Positions 44,465 through 54,430 of a DNA stretch of 64,000 nt are shown here, piece by piece. Made by a program: the position numbers and the translations under genes. Source of the DNA: Nitrospina sp. (GTDB lineage: Bacteria > Nitrospinota > Nitrospinia > Nitrospinales > VA-1); assembly GCA_018653085.1 (NCBI GenBank), contig JABIAY010000057.1:3198-67197 (forward strand), read 5' to 3'. The first letter of the stretch is position 1; every line of letters begins with the position of its first letter. The notes below the pieces were generated by a model. It was not told the DNA's origin and searched no databases. It saw nothing but the letters and a program-made list of their open reading frames with translations.

Positions 44465-46654
44465 GTGACCGATATTTCCAACCGTTTGAAAAACGAGACC
44501 AGTCCTTATTTACTGCAACATGCCAGCAACCCGGTTGACTGGTACCCCTGGGGTGCGGAAGCCTTAAAAAAGGCCGAGACGGAAAACAAACCCATTTTTC
44601 TCAGCATTGGATACTCCGCTTGCCACTGGTGCCATGTCATGGCGCATGAATCCTTTGAAAATGCGGAAACCGCAAAAATCATGAATGAGAAGTTCATCAA
44701 CATCAAGGTGGACCGTGAGGAGAGGCCGGATGTGGACGCTGTATACATGAAAGCCCTGGTGACCTTGACCGGTCAGGGTGGCTGGCCGCTCAGTATGTTT
44801 CTTACTCCCGATCAGAAACCTTATTTGGGCGGAACCTATTTTCCTCTCTCTGCGAAATATAATCGTCCCGGATTTTCCGAGTTCATGCAACAGGCGCACG
44901 ACCTTTTCACCGGCAACAAAGATCAACTTGATGTCCGGTCGCAAAATATTCTACAAAAAATTTCCCAGCAAAACCGGGCAGGAAAAGCCAGAGATGTTCC
45001 GCATGACCAGTTGATTCAGGGAGCGGTGGAAATTTTGTCAGACAAGTTTGATGCGGATCATGGCGGATTCGGCTCAGGCATGAAATTTCCCGAACCCATG
45101 TACTACAATCTTCTCTTGCGGCATTGGGCCCAGACAGGGGAGGGCCTGGACATTCTTGACAAGAGTCTGACTGCCATGGCGGAAGGCGGATTGTTTGACC
45201 AGTTGGGCGGCGGGTTTCACCGCTACTCGACCGATCGCAAGTGGCGCGTTCCCCATTTCGAGAAAATGCTTTATGACAATGGACTTTTAGCGAAACTTTT
45301 TCTGGATATGTTTCAGGCCACCAAGCAGGACATTTATCAGGCCACTGCAAGAGAAACGTTCTCCTGGCTCTTGCGTGAAATGACTTCTGATGAAGGTGCG
45401 TTTTATGCCAGTCAGGACGCGGACTCGGAAGGCAAAGAAGGAACTTATTACACATGGGAACTGAAGGAGGTCATGGACCTGTTGGGACCCAAACACGCCA
45501 AGGTATTTGCCAGGGCTTATGGACTGGTTCCTCGTGGGCATATTGAGGGACGCAATGTTCTGCATATCAACGAGTCCGTAGAAAAACTGGCTGAAGCCGA
45601 AAACATTCCTATTTTTGAAGCCGATCATATTTTGAGAAAGGGAAGAGAAACCCTTTTGCAGGTCCGCGAAAAAAGACCCAAACCGGACCGCGATGAAAAA
45701 ATAATCACTGCCTGGAACGGACTCATGATCACAGCTCTGGCGCAGGGGGCTTCTGTGCTGGGGGACTCGAGCTATCTGGACTCCGCCACCCGGTGCGCTG
45801 ATTTCATCTGGTCCAAACAATGGGATTCTGAGAAATGCAAACTATTACGGGTTTATAAAGATGGGCAAAGCAAGATCAACGGCTGTCTGGATGATTACGC
45901 CTATTTTCTCGAAGCGTTGGTTGGGCTCTATGAAGCCGGGTTGGACAGCAAGTGGATCGTCCGAGCTAAAGAACTGGCCAACGCCATGATCGCAGAATTC
46001 TGGGATGAAGAGGAAGGCGGATTTTTTCTTTCCGGTCAGTCAGGGGAACCTTTGATCGTCAAACTGAAAAATCCTGCCGATGAGGCCCTGCCATCTGCCA
46101 ACGCAGTGGCGGCTCTGGCCCTGTTAAAACTGGGGCGACTCACAACAGAGGAAACCTATAGTCAAAAAACAGAACAAACCTTGCAAACCTTTCGTGCGGA
46201 CATGGAAAGAAGTCCGGCAGGGTTCACCGGACTTTTATCTGCAATGAGCGCGTTGAACCTGCCGCCTGCCGAAGTCGTGCTTGCCGGACCGAGGGATCAT
46301 TCTGCTTTCGATGAAATGTTAAAAGTCCTGCACACCGATTATCGTCCTAACAAGGTAGTCCTGTGGAATGATAACGAAACAACCCTGTTACCACTGGCCG
46401 AAGGCAGGACAGCGGAAAAGGGCGAGCCCACCGTTTATCTTTGCCAGAAGGGCACCTGTCACGCTCCGGTGCAAACCGGCACAGCCCTGAATAAACTTCT
46501 CGAAAGGCCGCAGGAGATTCGCCTGAATATTTTTGATGAAGACAAGAAGAATGCGCAGATCCTGGAACAGGAGCAAGCCAACTTCATGGGCGTGATGGGC
46601 AATATCTTCCAACAAGTCGGCATTCAAAAGCCTCCCCCTGATAAGGGGGACTGA
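44465..46654 (+). CDS. Thioredoxin-domain protein of the YyaL/DUF255 family (N-terminal Trx-like domain + (alpha/alpha)6 epimerase-like domain)
   Basis: [47 protein letters not shown] is the family signature. The start is GTG. The last 8 codons are encoded by a palindromic repeat. Confidence 0.9.
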   Translation: MTDISNRLKNETSPYLLQHASNPVDWYPWGAEALKKAETENKPIFLSIGYSACHWCHVMAHESFENAETAKIMNEKFINIKVDREERPDVDAVYMKALVTLTGQGGWPLSMFLTPDQKPYLGGTYFPLSAKYNRPGFSEFMQQAHDLFTGNKDQLDVRSQNILQKISQQNRAGKARDVPHDQLIQGAVEILSDKFDADHGGFGSGMKFPEPMYYNLLLRHWAQTGEGLDILDKSLTAMAEGGLFDQLGGGFHRYSTDRKWRVPHFEKMLYDNGLLAKLFLDMFQATKQDIYQATARETFSWLLREMTSDEGAFYASQDADSEGKEGTYYTWELKEVMDLLGPKHAKVFARAYGLVPRGHIEGRNVLHINESVEKLAEAENIPIFEADHILRKGRETLLQVREKRPKPDRDEKIITAWNGLMITALAQGASVLGDSSYLDSATRCADFIWSKQWDSEKCKLLRVYKDGQSKINGCLDDYAYFLEALVGLYEAGLDSKWIVRAKELANAMIAEFWDEEEGGFFLSGQSGEPLIVKLKNPADEALPSANAVAALALLKLGRLTTEETYSQKTEQTLQTFRADMERSPAGFTGLLSAMSALNLPPAEVVLAGPRDHSAFDEMLKVLHTDYRPNKVVLWNDNETTLLPLAEGRTAEKGEPTVYLCQKGTCHAPVQTGTALNKLLERPQEIRLNIFDEDKKNAQILEQEQANFMGVMGNIFQQVGIQKPPPDKGD

Positions 46655-46779
46655 GGGGGTTTGTCGTCTTTGCGAACGAAGTGAAGTAATCCAGAAAGTC
46701 TGGATCGCCGCGCCGCTTTGCGGCTCGCGATGACGTATCTGATGGGCTGGGGCGACTTATACCCCCGTTGCCTCCCGCG
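46631..46779. repeat. Repeat block: CCCCCTGATAAGGGGG palindrome, a family 2 hairpin, and a CCTCCCGCGCTAGCGGG end module
   Basis: The palindrome at 46634-46649 equals 3539-3556. CGTCTTTGCGAACGAAGTGAAGTAATCCAGAAAGTCTGGATCGCCGCGCCGCTTTGCGGCTCGCGATGACG is a family 2 copy. The block fills the convergent gap. Confidence 0.8.
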
Positions 46780-47919
46780 CTAGCGGGTAAAAATCCGTCT
46801 CTGCAAATAAATTTCGATGGTGTTTTTGGCGTTGCTGGCTACGGCGATATCGCTCATGCCACTATGGTTGTAATCGCCGCTGGTAATGGCTAGTACGGTG
46901 CCGCCTTCGATCACATAATCACGAGTGGGGTATTTGAAAGTTCCGCTGGCATTGCGGATAACAATCGAAAAAGTGCTGGACCTCGAATTAGCGACGGCGA
47001 CATCTTTCAACTTGTCTGGATTAAAATGCCCGGTGGTGAGAGCAAAGGGTCCGCCTCCGCCTGAAAAGGCGATGGGGTCTTGGAAACTGCCGTCCCCGTT
47101 TGAATAGAGCATATATAAATTGTCTCCCTTGCTCGAAGCAAAAACTAGATCGGTTTTGCCATCGTTATTCATGTCGCTGGCGGTCAGCGCGAGAGGTCCC
47201 AGATTTTCAGCCAGCCGTTTGGGTTGTTGAAAAGTCCCGTCGCCGTTTCCCATAAACAACCGAATGGAACTGGCACCGGAACTGTTGGTGGCCAGGGCAA
47301 TATCCAGGTGCTGGTCGGCATTAAAATCGCGGGTGACTCCGGAGAAGGACCGGGGGCCGGTCTGATAGGTGAGGCCTTTTTTAAAATAGCCATCTCCTGT
47401 ACCGATATACAATTCCATTTTGCCAAAGGTCAGGGTGACTGCGGCATCGAGTTTGTCATCGTGATTGTAGTCTCCCAGAATAATGTTTAACGGGACTCTT
47501 CCGGTTCGGGTGGGAATGGGTTTTCTGAAGCTTCCGTCACCGTTACCTGGGAGCACGACAAACATATCGGCACCACGGGCGTTGACCGCAAGATCAGGGT
47601 ATCCATCCCGGTTGATATCTCCCGTAGTCGACATGGTGGGCTCGGCGGCTACGTTTATATTCAAAGCCGAATGAAAACTGCCTTCGCCTTTACCGTAGAG
47701 GATGCTGAGCGTGCTGTTTTTAGTGTTGGCGGAAACCAGATCCGGCTCTCCATCGAGATTCAAATCAGTGGTGGATAAATGGGACGGGCCCTGACCCACT
47801 GGCATGACATCAAATTTGTAGAACAAATCCGGTGGGGGCTGGGGAAAGTCGCAGGCAGACAGAAGTGAAACGGCGCAGGATATCAGCGCACTCTTCCATG
47901 ATGGACATTTTAAGGGCAT
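46780..47919 (-). CDS. FG-GAP / VCBS-repeat lipoprotein
   Basis: It has a lipobox (LLSAC) and about seven repeats of the pattern D.N.DG..D..V.N..s....l..GnGDGsF. Confidence 0.8.
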   Translation of the reverse strand: MPLKCPSWKSALISCAVSLLSACDFPQPPPDLFYKFDVMPVGQGPSHLSTTDLNLDGEPDLVSANTKNSTLSILYGKGEGSFHSALNINVAAEPTMSTTGDINRDGYPDLAVNARGADMFVVLPGNGDGSFRKPIPTRTGRVPLNIILGDYNHDDKLDAAVTLTFGKMELYIGTGDGYFKKGLTYQTGPRSFSGVTRDFNADQHLDIALATNSSGASSIRLFMGNGDGTFQQPKRLAENLGPLALTASDMNNDGKTDLVFASSKGDNLYMLYSNGDGSFQDPIAFSGGGGPFALTTGHFNPDKLKDVAVANSRSSTFSIVIRNASGTFKYPTRDYVIEGGTVLAITSGDYNHSGMSDIAVASNAKNTIEIYLQRRIFTR

Positions 47920-48089
47920 TTGAAAATCTCTTGATTTTGTGACATGACTATGTAAAAATCTCTCTTTCGCCTAAAATCATTATATAACAGCGAATAAGTA
48001 ACCCCATTTAGTTTGCGCATTTTTGCGCATTTTAACCCCTCGCTCCAGATTAGATCTGGGGCTATTCTTAACCCATGAGGAGGTACGCA

Positions 48090-48482
48090 TTGCGATCTTA
48101 CCAGAGTGTCCTGATTCTTAAACCCGATATTGACGAAGCCCGTGCTGATGAGGCCCTTGAAAAAATAGGCGAGTTCATCAAGAGTAATGGCGGGGCCTGC
48201 CTTAAAATCGAAAAATGGGGCAAAAAACGTCTTGCCTATCGGATAAGAAAAAATAGATTCGGGATATACCTGAATATTTATCATACCCTTGACTCTGCTA
48301 ACGTCACTGATCTGGAAAGTAAATACCGGTTGTTTGATCTGGTCATCAAGTTCATGGTGCTCCGGTTGACAGATGGTGAGTTGGAGAGGGCGCTGGACAC
48401 TGAAACGGCAGAAGATGAAGAGGGTAAAGAAGGTGAAGAAGGTTCCGCAAAAGTCGCGGATAAAGAAGATAAAGACTCCTGA
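48090..48482 (+). CDS. rpsF: 30S ribosomal protein S6
   Basis: (M)RSYQSVLILKPDIDE...IEKWGKKRLAYRI matches S6. A TTG at 48090 six nt after the GAGGAGG SD gives the canonical MRxY N-terminus. The listed ATG at 48075 overlaps the SD. The C-terminal tail is acidic. Confidence 0.9.
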   Translation: MRSYQSVLILKPDIDEARADEALEKIGEFIKSNGGACLKIEKWGKKRLAYRIRKNRFGIYLNIYHTLDSANVTDLESKYRLFDLVIKFMVLRLTDGELERALDTETAEDEEGKEGEEGSAKVADKEDKDS

Positions 48483-48509
48483 TTAACCCAGAGACTGTAA
48501 GGATCTGAT

Positions 48510-48899
48510 ATGGCTTCGTTCAACAAGGTACTTCTGATGGGCAACCTGACTCGGGACCCGGAACTACGTTATACCGCAAGTGGGGCCGCTGTAGCCAGTT
48601 TTGGTCTGGCGGTCAACCGCAAGTTCAAACAGGGCGAGGAATGGAAAGATGAGGTCTGTTTTGTCGATATCACAGTTTGGGCGAAGCAAGGTGAAAACTG
48701 TGCTCAATACCTGAATAAAGGCAGTCTGGTTTTTCTTGAAGGTCGATTGAACTACCAGACCTGGGAGACAGATGGACAGAAACGGAACAAACTTGAAGTG
48801 GTCGCCAACAATGTCCAGTTTTTGACCCGTCAGGGAGACAAGGTGAGCATGGATACGGGGCCTGCTTCCAGTCCACCTGCTGATGATATTCCATTTTAA
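48510..48899 (+). CDS. ssb: Single-stranded DNA-binding protein
   Basis: It has an OB-fold N-terminus (ASFNKVLLMGNLTRDPELRYT) and a C-terminal acidic tip DDIPF. Confidence 0.95.
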   Translation: MASFNKVLLMGNLTRDPELRYTASGAAVASFGLAVNRKFKQGEEWKDEVCFVDITVWAKQGENCAQYLNKGSLVFLEGRLNYQTWETDGQKRNKLEVVANNVQFLTRQGDKVSMDTGPASSPPADDIPF

Positions 48900-48925
48900 T
48901 AAAATAATATAAGAAGAAGGTAATT

Positions 48926-49165
48926 ATGTCTGAAACTAAAAAGCAATTTTTTTCTAACAAGATTTGCAGATTTTGCAACGATGATATGAGCAAGGTTTAT
49001 ATCGATTTTTTTGATGTGAAGGCTTTGAAACCGCTGATCTCCGAAAGGGGCAAGATTGTGCCTTCGCGAATATCAGGGAATTGCGCCAAGTGCCAGAGGA
49101 TTTTGACTCGGGCCATCAAAAAAGCCAGAAACATTGCCTTGTTGCCATTTGCCGTTGAGCATTAG
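48926..49165 (+). CDS. rpsR: 30S ribosomal protein S18
   Basis: The S18 motifs CRFC....[51 protein letters not shown] are present. Confidence 0.95.
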   Translation: MSETKKQFFSNKICRFCNDDMSKVYIDFFDVKALKPLISERGKIVPSRISGNCAKCQRILTRAIKKARNIALLPFAVEH

Positions 49166-49167
49166 TT

Positions 49168-50115
49168 TTGGTTGAGCCGTTACAACCTAAAAATCTGCTG
49201 ATACCTGTAGTTCTTGTTTTTGCTGTTTTTTTTGCTCTGATGGTTTTTCCTCCATTGGGGGCGTTGATCGGGGTTTTATCCCCTTTCCCTCTTGTCTTTG
49301 TATACTTGCAGAGGGGCAGGCAGGCTGGTATTGCCCTGTTTGCGTTGGTTTTTGTGGTGCTCCTGTTATTGGTCGGGGCTACTCAGGCAATGTTGTTTTT
49401 AGCTGAGTATGCGCTGATGGCCTTGTTATTGGGAGAGATGATCCGAATCCAGTTGCCAGGAGACCGGTGCATAGCCATAAGTGCTTTGGTTTCGGGTTTA
49501 GTATCGATCGTGCTTTTAGTGCTTTTGTTAGGCGATCAGGATACTTCTGTTAAAGAGTTTTTTGAGGGGCAGATGCGTGCCCATTTTTCCCAGTCGATGG
49601 AAGCTTTCGAGTCCATGGGGGAGAATAAAGCGGAAGTCGCGGATATGAAGGCATTTGCAGAGCGAACCGCTGAAGGTTTTGCGGCATCTTATCCGGCTTT
49701 TTTACTTATTGGCTCGTTGATTGGTTCAGCGGCCAATTACGCATTGATTCGGATTGCCTGGACCCGACTTTATGGGCCGGGTCTGTTTTCTGGCGGAGCA
49801 TTCTCCGAATGGTTTTGCTCGGAGAACTTGATTTGGGGCTTTATATTGTCCTCAGCGGCTTTGTTTCTGGGGCAGGGCATGGTTGCGGATGCCGGGCTGA
49901 ATGTTTTTCTGGTTGTGCTGGTTATCTACTTTGTCCAGGGACTAAGTATTGTCGTGCATTTTCTGAAAGCCAGAAATGTGCAGGTTTTCTTTTGGTTTGT
50001 TCTTTTTATATTAATATTTGTGCAACCTCTTTTAATAGGTTTGGTGGCTGGATTAGGTGTGTTCGATATCTGGGCGGATTTCAGAAAGCTGAGAAAAGCT
50101 CCGGATATACAATAA
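49168..50115 (+). CDS. DUF2232 (YybS-like) integral membrane protein
   Basis: The protein is polytopic. It sits between rpsR and rplI, as yybS does in other bacteria. The start is TTG. Confidence 0.65.
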   Translation: MVEPLQPKNLLIPVVLVFAVFFALMVFPPLGALIGVLSPFPLVFVYLQRGRQAGIALFALVFVVLLLLVGATQAMLFLAEYALMALLLGEMIRIQLPGDRCIAISALVSGLVSIVLLVLLLGDQDTSVKEFFEGQMRAHFSQSMEAFESMGENKAEVADMKAFAERTAEGFAASYPAFLLIGSLIGSAANYALIRIAWTRLYGPGLFSGGAFSEWFCSENLIWGFILSSAALFLGQGMVADAGLNVFLVVLVIYFVQGLSIVVHFLKARNVQVFFWFVLFILIFVQPLLIGLVAGLGVFDIWADFRKLRKAPDIQ

Positions 50116-50147
50116 AAACACTCCGGTCCTGATGAAAGGAAAAGTTT

Positions 50148-50690
50148 ATGAAGCTGTTGTTAAAGGAAGATGTGGATGGCCTCGGGTTTTGTGGTGATGA
50201 GGTAGAGGTTAAAGACGGGTATGGCAGGAACTTCTTGATCCCGAGGGGCAAGGCTTTGCTTGCGACACCGAATAACCTTAAGGCTTTTAACCACCAAAAA
50301 CTTGTGGTTCAATCCAAGGTTAAAAAAGTGATCGCAACGGTACAGGCCATTGCTGATGAAATCGCAAAGGTGACCTGCACGGTTAAGAAAAAGGTTGGCG
50401 ATACCGGGAAAATGTTTGGCTCGGTGACGGCGCAGGAAATTTCTGACTTGCTCAAGGGCCAGGGCGTGGATATCGACCGGCGTAAAATTCAAATTGCCGA
50501 GCCGATTAAAAAAGCCGGGGAATATAAAGTCCCTGTCAAACTCCATTCGGAAGTAACGGCACAAATCAACCTTGTTGTTGAAGCGGAGCAGGAAGTTGTA
50601 GCACCCGCCGAGGAATCTGCCGCGCCTGCTGAAGAGCCTGCTGAAGAGCCTGCACCGGAAGTTGAGCAAGAAGAGGAAGCTAAAGAATAA
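50148..50690 (+). CDS. rplI: 50S ribosomal protein L9
   Basis: It has the L9 N-terminus MKLLLKEDVDGLGFCGDEVEVKDGYGRNFLIPRGKA and an acidic PAEE-rich tail. Confidence 0.95.
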   Translation: MKLLLKEDVDGLGFCGDEVEVKDGYGRNFLIPRGKALLATPNNLKAFNHQKLVVQSKVKKVIATVQAIADEIAKVTCTVKKKVGDTGKMFGSVTAQEISDLLKGQGVDIDRRKIQIAEPIKKAGEYKVPVKLHSEVTAQINLVVEAEQEVVAPAEESAAPAEEPAEEPAPEVEQEEEAKE

Positions 50691-50693
50691 AAG

Positions 50694-50905
50694 CCACTAG
50701 GCGTGGGGCCAGCTTGCATAACCCGTCATTGCGAACGGAGTGAAGCAATCCAGAAGGTTTTGCTATTGAGTCCAGCGTCACGCTGGCTGGATCGCCACGC
50801 CGCTTTGCGGCTCGCGAAGACGACCCTGTGGGGCTTGGTTTGTCATGCTGAGCTACCGTGATATTTGACCTTGCTTTCGTGCCCCGAAGGGGTGAAGCAC
50901 CTCGC
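50694..50905. repeat. Composite repeat block: family 1 head, family 2 hairpin with a nested CCAGCGTCACGCTGG palindrome, and a third GTCATGCTGAGC...GAAGCACCTCGC element
   Basis: CCACTAGGCGTGGGGCC lies at 50694. CGTCATTGCGAACGGAGTGAAGCAATCCAGAA...CTGGATCGCCACGCCGCTTTGCGGCTCGCGAAGACG spans 50724-50822. The block overlaps the spurious 5' extension of the dnaB ORF. Confidence 0.8.
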
Positions 50906-50915
50906 TGATAGAATT

Positions 50916-52307
50916 ATGGCTGATACCCTGACTGACATTTCTCTGAACAAATTGCCTCCTTATAATAAGGAGGCGGAGCAGAGTGTTTTAGGGGCCTGCC
51001 TGCACTCCGAAGACGCGATCGCCAAAGCCCTTGAAATTCTGAGGGATGATGACTTCTATAAGTCTACCCACAAGAAAATTTTCGCTGTTATGCGCGGACA
51101 GTTTGAGGCTAATGAGCCGATAGATGTCCTTACGTTGGCAGACCAGCTCAGAAGAAAAAATGAGCTGGAAGAGGTAGGGGGCATCGAGTACCTTGGCCTC
51201 CTTGAAGATTTTGTGCCCACTGCTACTGCGGTGGTTCACCACGCTAAAATTCTCCGCGAGAAAAAAATTCTCCGCGACCTGATTCAAACTGCCACAGAGA
51301 TTGTTTCCAGTAGTTACAGCGACAGCGATGATGTGGATACTCTGCTTGATAAAGCCGAGCAGTCAATTTTTGAGATTTCTGAGAAAAGATCCAAACCCAG
51401 TTTTGTCAAACTCCCTGAGATCGTTAAGCAGGGGTTGTCGGATCTGGAAAAACTTTCCCAGCAACCGGGAATGGTTACCGGAGTGCCTTCCGGTTTTACC
51501 GATTTGGATAATATGACGGCGGGTTTCCAGCCATCGGATCTGATCATTCTGGCGGCACGGCCCAGCATGGGTAAAACCAGCTTTGCCTTGGATATTGCCC
51601 GGTACGTTTCTTTAAACAAAAAAATTCCCACTGCTTTTTTCAGTCTCGAAATGTCGAAGCAGCAATTGGGCATGCGGCTTTTGTGTTCCAAAGCACAGGT
51701 GGACTCTTCTAAGGTTCGTACCGGATATCTGGCTAAAAGTGATTGGCCTAAAGTGCATGACGCTGGCAGGGAACTTGCCGAAGCACAACTGTTCATCGAT
51801 GACAGCCCGGCTTTGTCGGCTTTGGATATTCGTGCACGCTCGCGTAGACTTGCCGCTGAACAGCCTTTGGGGCTGATTGTTATCGACTATATGCAGTTGA
51901 TGCAGGGGCGAGGCAGTACCGAGAGCCGACAACTGGAAGTTTCGGAAATATCCAGAGGACTCAAAGCTCTGGCCAAAGAGCTGAATATTCCGATACTGGC
52001 CCTTTCCCAGTTAAGTCGTGCGGTTGAGAGCCGGACGGATAGGCGACCTCTCTTGTCGGACCTTCGGGAATCGGGTTCGATTGAGCAGGATGCGGATGTG
52101 GTCATGTTTATTTACCGCGATGTTGTGTATAATCCCGAAACAGATGATCCGGGTAAAACGGAAATTCTGATTCGTAAACAAAGAAACGGTCCCATTGGGG
52201 AAGCGTTTCTACACTTTGAAAACCAGTTCACACGCTTCTATGATAGAAGTTCCCGCATGGATGTCCCACCCGAAGCAGACTCCTCAAGTTTTGAACCAGC
52301 CTTTTAA
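50916..52307 (+). CDS. dnaB: Replicative DNA helicase DnaB
   Basis: It has the N-terminal motif PPYNKEAEQSVLGA, Walker A (ARPSMGKTSFAL), and the motifs VIDYMQLM and SQLSRAVE. ATG 50916 is preferred over 50865, which lies in repeat sequence. Confidence 0.95.
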   Translation: MADTLTDISLNKLPPYNKEAEQSVLGACLHSEDAIAKALEILRDDDFYKSTHKKIFAVMRGQFEANEPIDVLTLADQLRRKNELEEVGGIEYLGLLEDFVPTATAVVHHAKILREKKILRDLIQTATEIVSSSYSDSDDVDTLLDKAEQSIFEISEKRSKPSFVKLPEIVKQGLSDLEKLSQQPGMVTGVPSGFTDLDNMTAGFQPSDLIILAARPSMGKTSFALDIARYVSLNKKIPTAFFSLEMSKQQLGMRLLCSKAQVDSSKVRTGYLAKSDWPKVHDAGRELAEAQLFIDDSPALSALDIRARSRRLAAEQPLGLIVIDYMQLMQGRGSTESRQLEVSEISRGLKALAKELNIPILALSQLSRAVESRTDRRPLLSDLRESGSIEQDADVVMFIYRDVVYNPETDDPGKTEILIRKQRNGPIGEAFLHFENQFTRFYDRSSRMDVPPEADSSSFEPAF

Positions 52308-53190
52308 TCGCAAACTTTCTTTTGTAATTTGTTTTTTGCTGATGGTTTTGTCGTCAGTGCTGAATGCCAGGGCTCAAACGCATCCTGGTATGGACGGCTT
52401 TCAGTTGCCTCCAAAAGCCAAGGGTGATTATTATTTTTCCCAGGGCAAGTTTAAGGAAGCACTGGAAATTTATAAATCGATTTTACCGGATGAGGCCGAT
52501 CCCGGACCCATTTTTCGTGGCATGGTTAAGGCTTGGAATGCAATGGGGGCATTGGACGAGGCAAAGAAATATTTAAGTGCATACCGCCAGTCTCACGAAA
52601 ACTCCTCTGCGGTCTGGTATGCGTTGGGCTACCTGCATTATTTAAAGGGTGACAACCAAAAAGCCGAAAAGTTATTTAAACGGGCGACAGAATTGGACCC
52701 TGATAATGGCTTGGCCTGGAATAATTGGGCGGCTTCTCTTGCTGAAGGTAAACACTTTCAGCAAGCGGCGGAAAAAGTGCGAATCGCGATTCTAACCAAT
52801 CCGAAAGAGTTGATGTTTTTTGCCAACTTAAAAAAAATATATGAGCAAATGGGCAACGGGCAACGGTTTGAAGCGGAATATAATGACTCTGTGAAAGGAG
52901 GGCCTCTGGCCTGGGGCTATGGAAAGACCCTTGCACGGTCGTTGCGGCAGAAATCATTCGGTGACTATGCCAAAGGCAACAAGGCTGGAGCCATTGCCGG
53001 TTTTGAAAAAATTCTGGATATACATCGGGAAATTGATGATGTGAAGGGGCAGGTGCCTATTTTATTCAGCCTGGGTTTGCTTCATGAAGAAAGTGGAAAC
53101 GCCCAAAAGAGCCAGGATTTTTTCAGGCAGGTGTTATCGATCAACCCGGATCACATTCAGGCTAAAGAGAAAATAAAACCAATGAATTAG
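52291..53190 (+). CDS. Secreted TPR-repeat protein
   Basis: Several TPR units are present (AVWYALGYLHYLKGDNQKAEKLFKRATELDPDN, LAWNNWAASLAEGKHFQQAAEK, ...). The start is uncertain. TTG 52291 would give the signal peptide MNQPFNRKLSFVICFLLMVLSSVLNARA. The listed ATG at 52195 overlaps dnaB by 113 nt. Confidence 0.7.
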   Translation: MNQPFNRKLSFVICFLLMVLSSVLNARAQTHPGMDGFQLPPKAKGDYYFSQGKFKEALEIYKSILPDEADPGPIFRGMVKAWNAMGALDEAKKYLSAYRQSHENSSAVWYALGYLHYLKGDNQKAEKLFKRATELDPDNGLAWNNWAASLAEGKHFQQAAEKVRIAILTNPKELMFFANLKKIYEQMGNGQRFEAEYNDSVKGGPLAWGYGKTLARSLRQKSFGDYAKGNKAGAIAGFEKILDIHREIDDVKGQVPILFSLGLLHEESGNAQKSQDFFRQVLSINPDHIQAKEKIKPMN

Positions 53191-53354
53191 CTTTAGTGAC
53201 CGGGCTTATAAAATTTTTATAGACATTGGCATGAATTGTTGTCGTATTTACTGGGTTTTTTGGTTTAAGCTGATTTAACTATTGACAAATAAGGGGTTTA
53301 AGCGATATTCTCTGATGGATTGTGAGTTTTTCTAACTTCTGTTGAGGAGGTAAT

Positions 53355-54284
53355 GTGGGCAAGGACGAATTTACTATAGTCGTTTTTCCTGGATCACTGA
53401 GCACACCCAAAAAATTACGCCTGCCAAAACGCTTTGTAAAATTTGGCATTCTGGTGTCTTTGGTTGTCTTAATAGGGGTTCTAGGCTCTTCTTTCTATTT
53501 TGTCCAGCAATATTTGCGGTTGCAGGGTAGTGAGACAGAGTTGGTTAAGCTTCGGCGTGAGTCGAAAATCCAAAAAATTCAGGTTGCAAAATTTTCCCAG
53601 CAGGTAAAAAACTTTGAGACGGAAATGGTCCGGCTGGAACGTTTTGAGAAAAAGCTCCGGGTTATTACGGCTCTGGAAAATTCTCCTCGGTCAATTGAGA
53701 AAAACTGGGGAGTGGGTGGTCCTTATGGACTGAGCACAAACAGTTTCACGACAGCTATGGGCCGAGGTGCGGCCAACATGGTGGAACGATTGTCCAATGG
53801 GCTGGATCACCTGGGCAAACAGGCTAAAATCCAGAGCATCAGTTTTCAGGAGTTAGATAATTTCTTTAAGAATCAAAAATCTTTACTTTCTTCAACCCCT
53901 TCAATTTGGCCCACTCGCGGTTGGGTGACCTCCAGTTTTGGATTTCGAAAATCTCCCTTCACGGGTTTAAGAGAAAAACATGAAGGTTGGGATATTGCGG
54001 CCCGAAACGGGGCGCCGGTGCGTAGTACGGCTGATGGTGTGGTGGTGGTCGAAGGAAGAGAGTATGGTTATGGGAACCTGGTTGAGATCGACCATGGTTA
54101 TGGCCTTGTCACGCGCTATGGACACAACTCCAAGCATCTGGTCAAAGTAGGGGACAGGGTCAAGCGTGGGCAGGTCGTTACGCTGGTTGGAAACACAGGG
54201 CGTAGCACCGGGCCGCATCTCCATTATGAAGTACTGCTCAATGGTGTGCCGGTCAATCCCAAGAACTATATTTTAGAAGACTAG
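53355..54284 (+). CDS. M23-family metalloendopeptidase with N-terminal TM anchor and coiled coil
   Basis: M23 motifs are present (HEGWDIAA, GYGNLVEIDHGYGLVTRYGHN, GNTGRSTGPHLHYEV). The GTG start follows a GAGGAGG SD. Confidence 0.9.
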   Translation: MGKDEFTIVVFPGSLSTPKKLRLPKRFVKFGILVSLVVLIGVLGSSFYFVQQYLRLQGSETELVKLRRESKIQKIQVAKFSQQVKNFETEMVRLERFEKKLRVITALENSPRSIEKNWGVGGPYGLSTNSFTTAMGRGAANMVERLSNGLDHLGKQAKIQSISFQELDNFFKNQKSLLSSTPSIWPTRGWVTSSFGFRKSPFTGLREKHEGWDIAARNGAPVRSTADGVVVVEGREYGYGNLVEIDHGYGLVTRYGHNSKHLVKVGDRVKRGQVVTLVGNTGRSTGPHLHYEVLLNGVPVNPKNYILED

Positions 54285-54430
54285 GTTGTCCGGTTATTGA
54301 ATCGGCAAAACTCGAGTTATTCCCCCCTACCCGATACCCCGAAGTTTTCTGTGTGTATCCTTTTGAGTGAGCTTTCCTGTATTGTTATTTTTTGAACTCC
54401 AGGCTGTAAATTGATTTTTAAGGATTTGAT

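Noticed and set aside
50865-50915. The listed upstream start of dnaB (MTLLSCPEGVKHLADRI…), and the 52195 start of the downstream TPR gene
   Set aside because: The dnaB extension is encoded by repeat sequence (…CGTGCCCCGAAGGGGTGAAGCACCTCGC). Homology starts at ATG 50916. The TPR ORF start at 52195 would overlap dnaB by 113 nt, so a later start is more plausible.
48075-52307. The rpsF-ssb-rpsR-DUF2232-rplI-dnaB cluster as a possible unusual association
   Set aside because: This gene order is a widely conserved housekeeping arrangement. Nothing is anomalous apart from the repeat block between rplI and dnaB.
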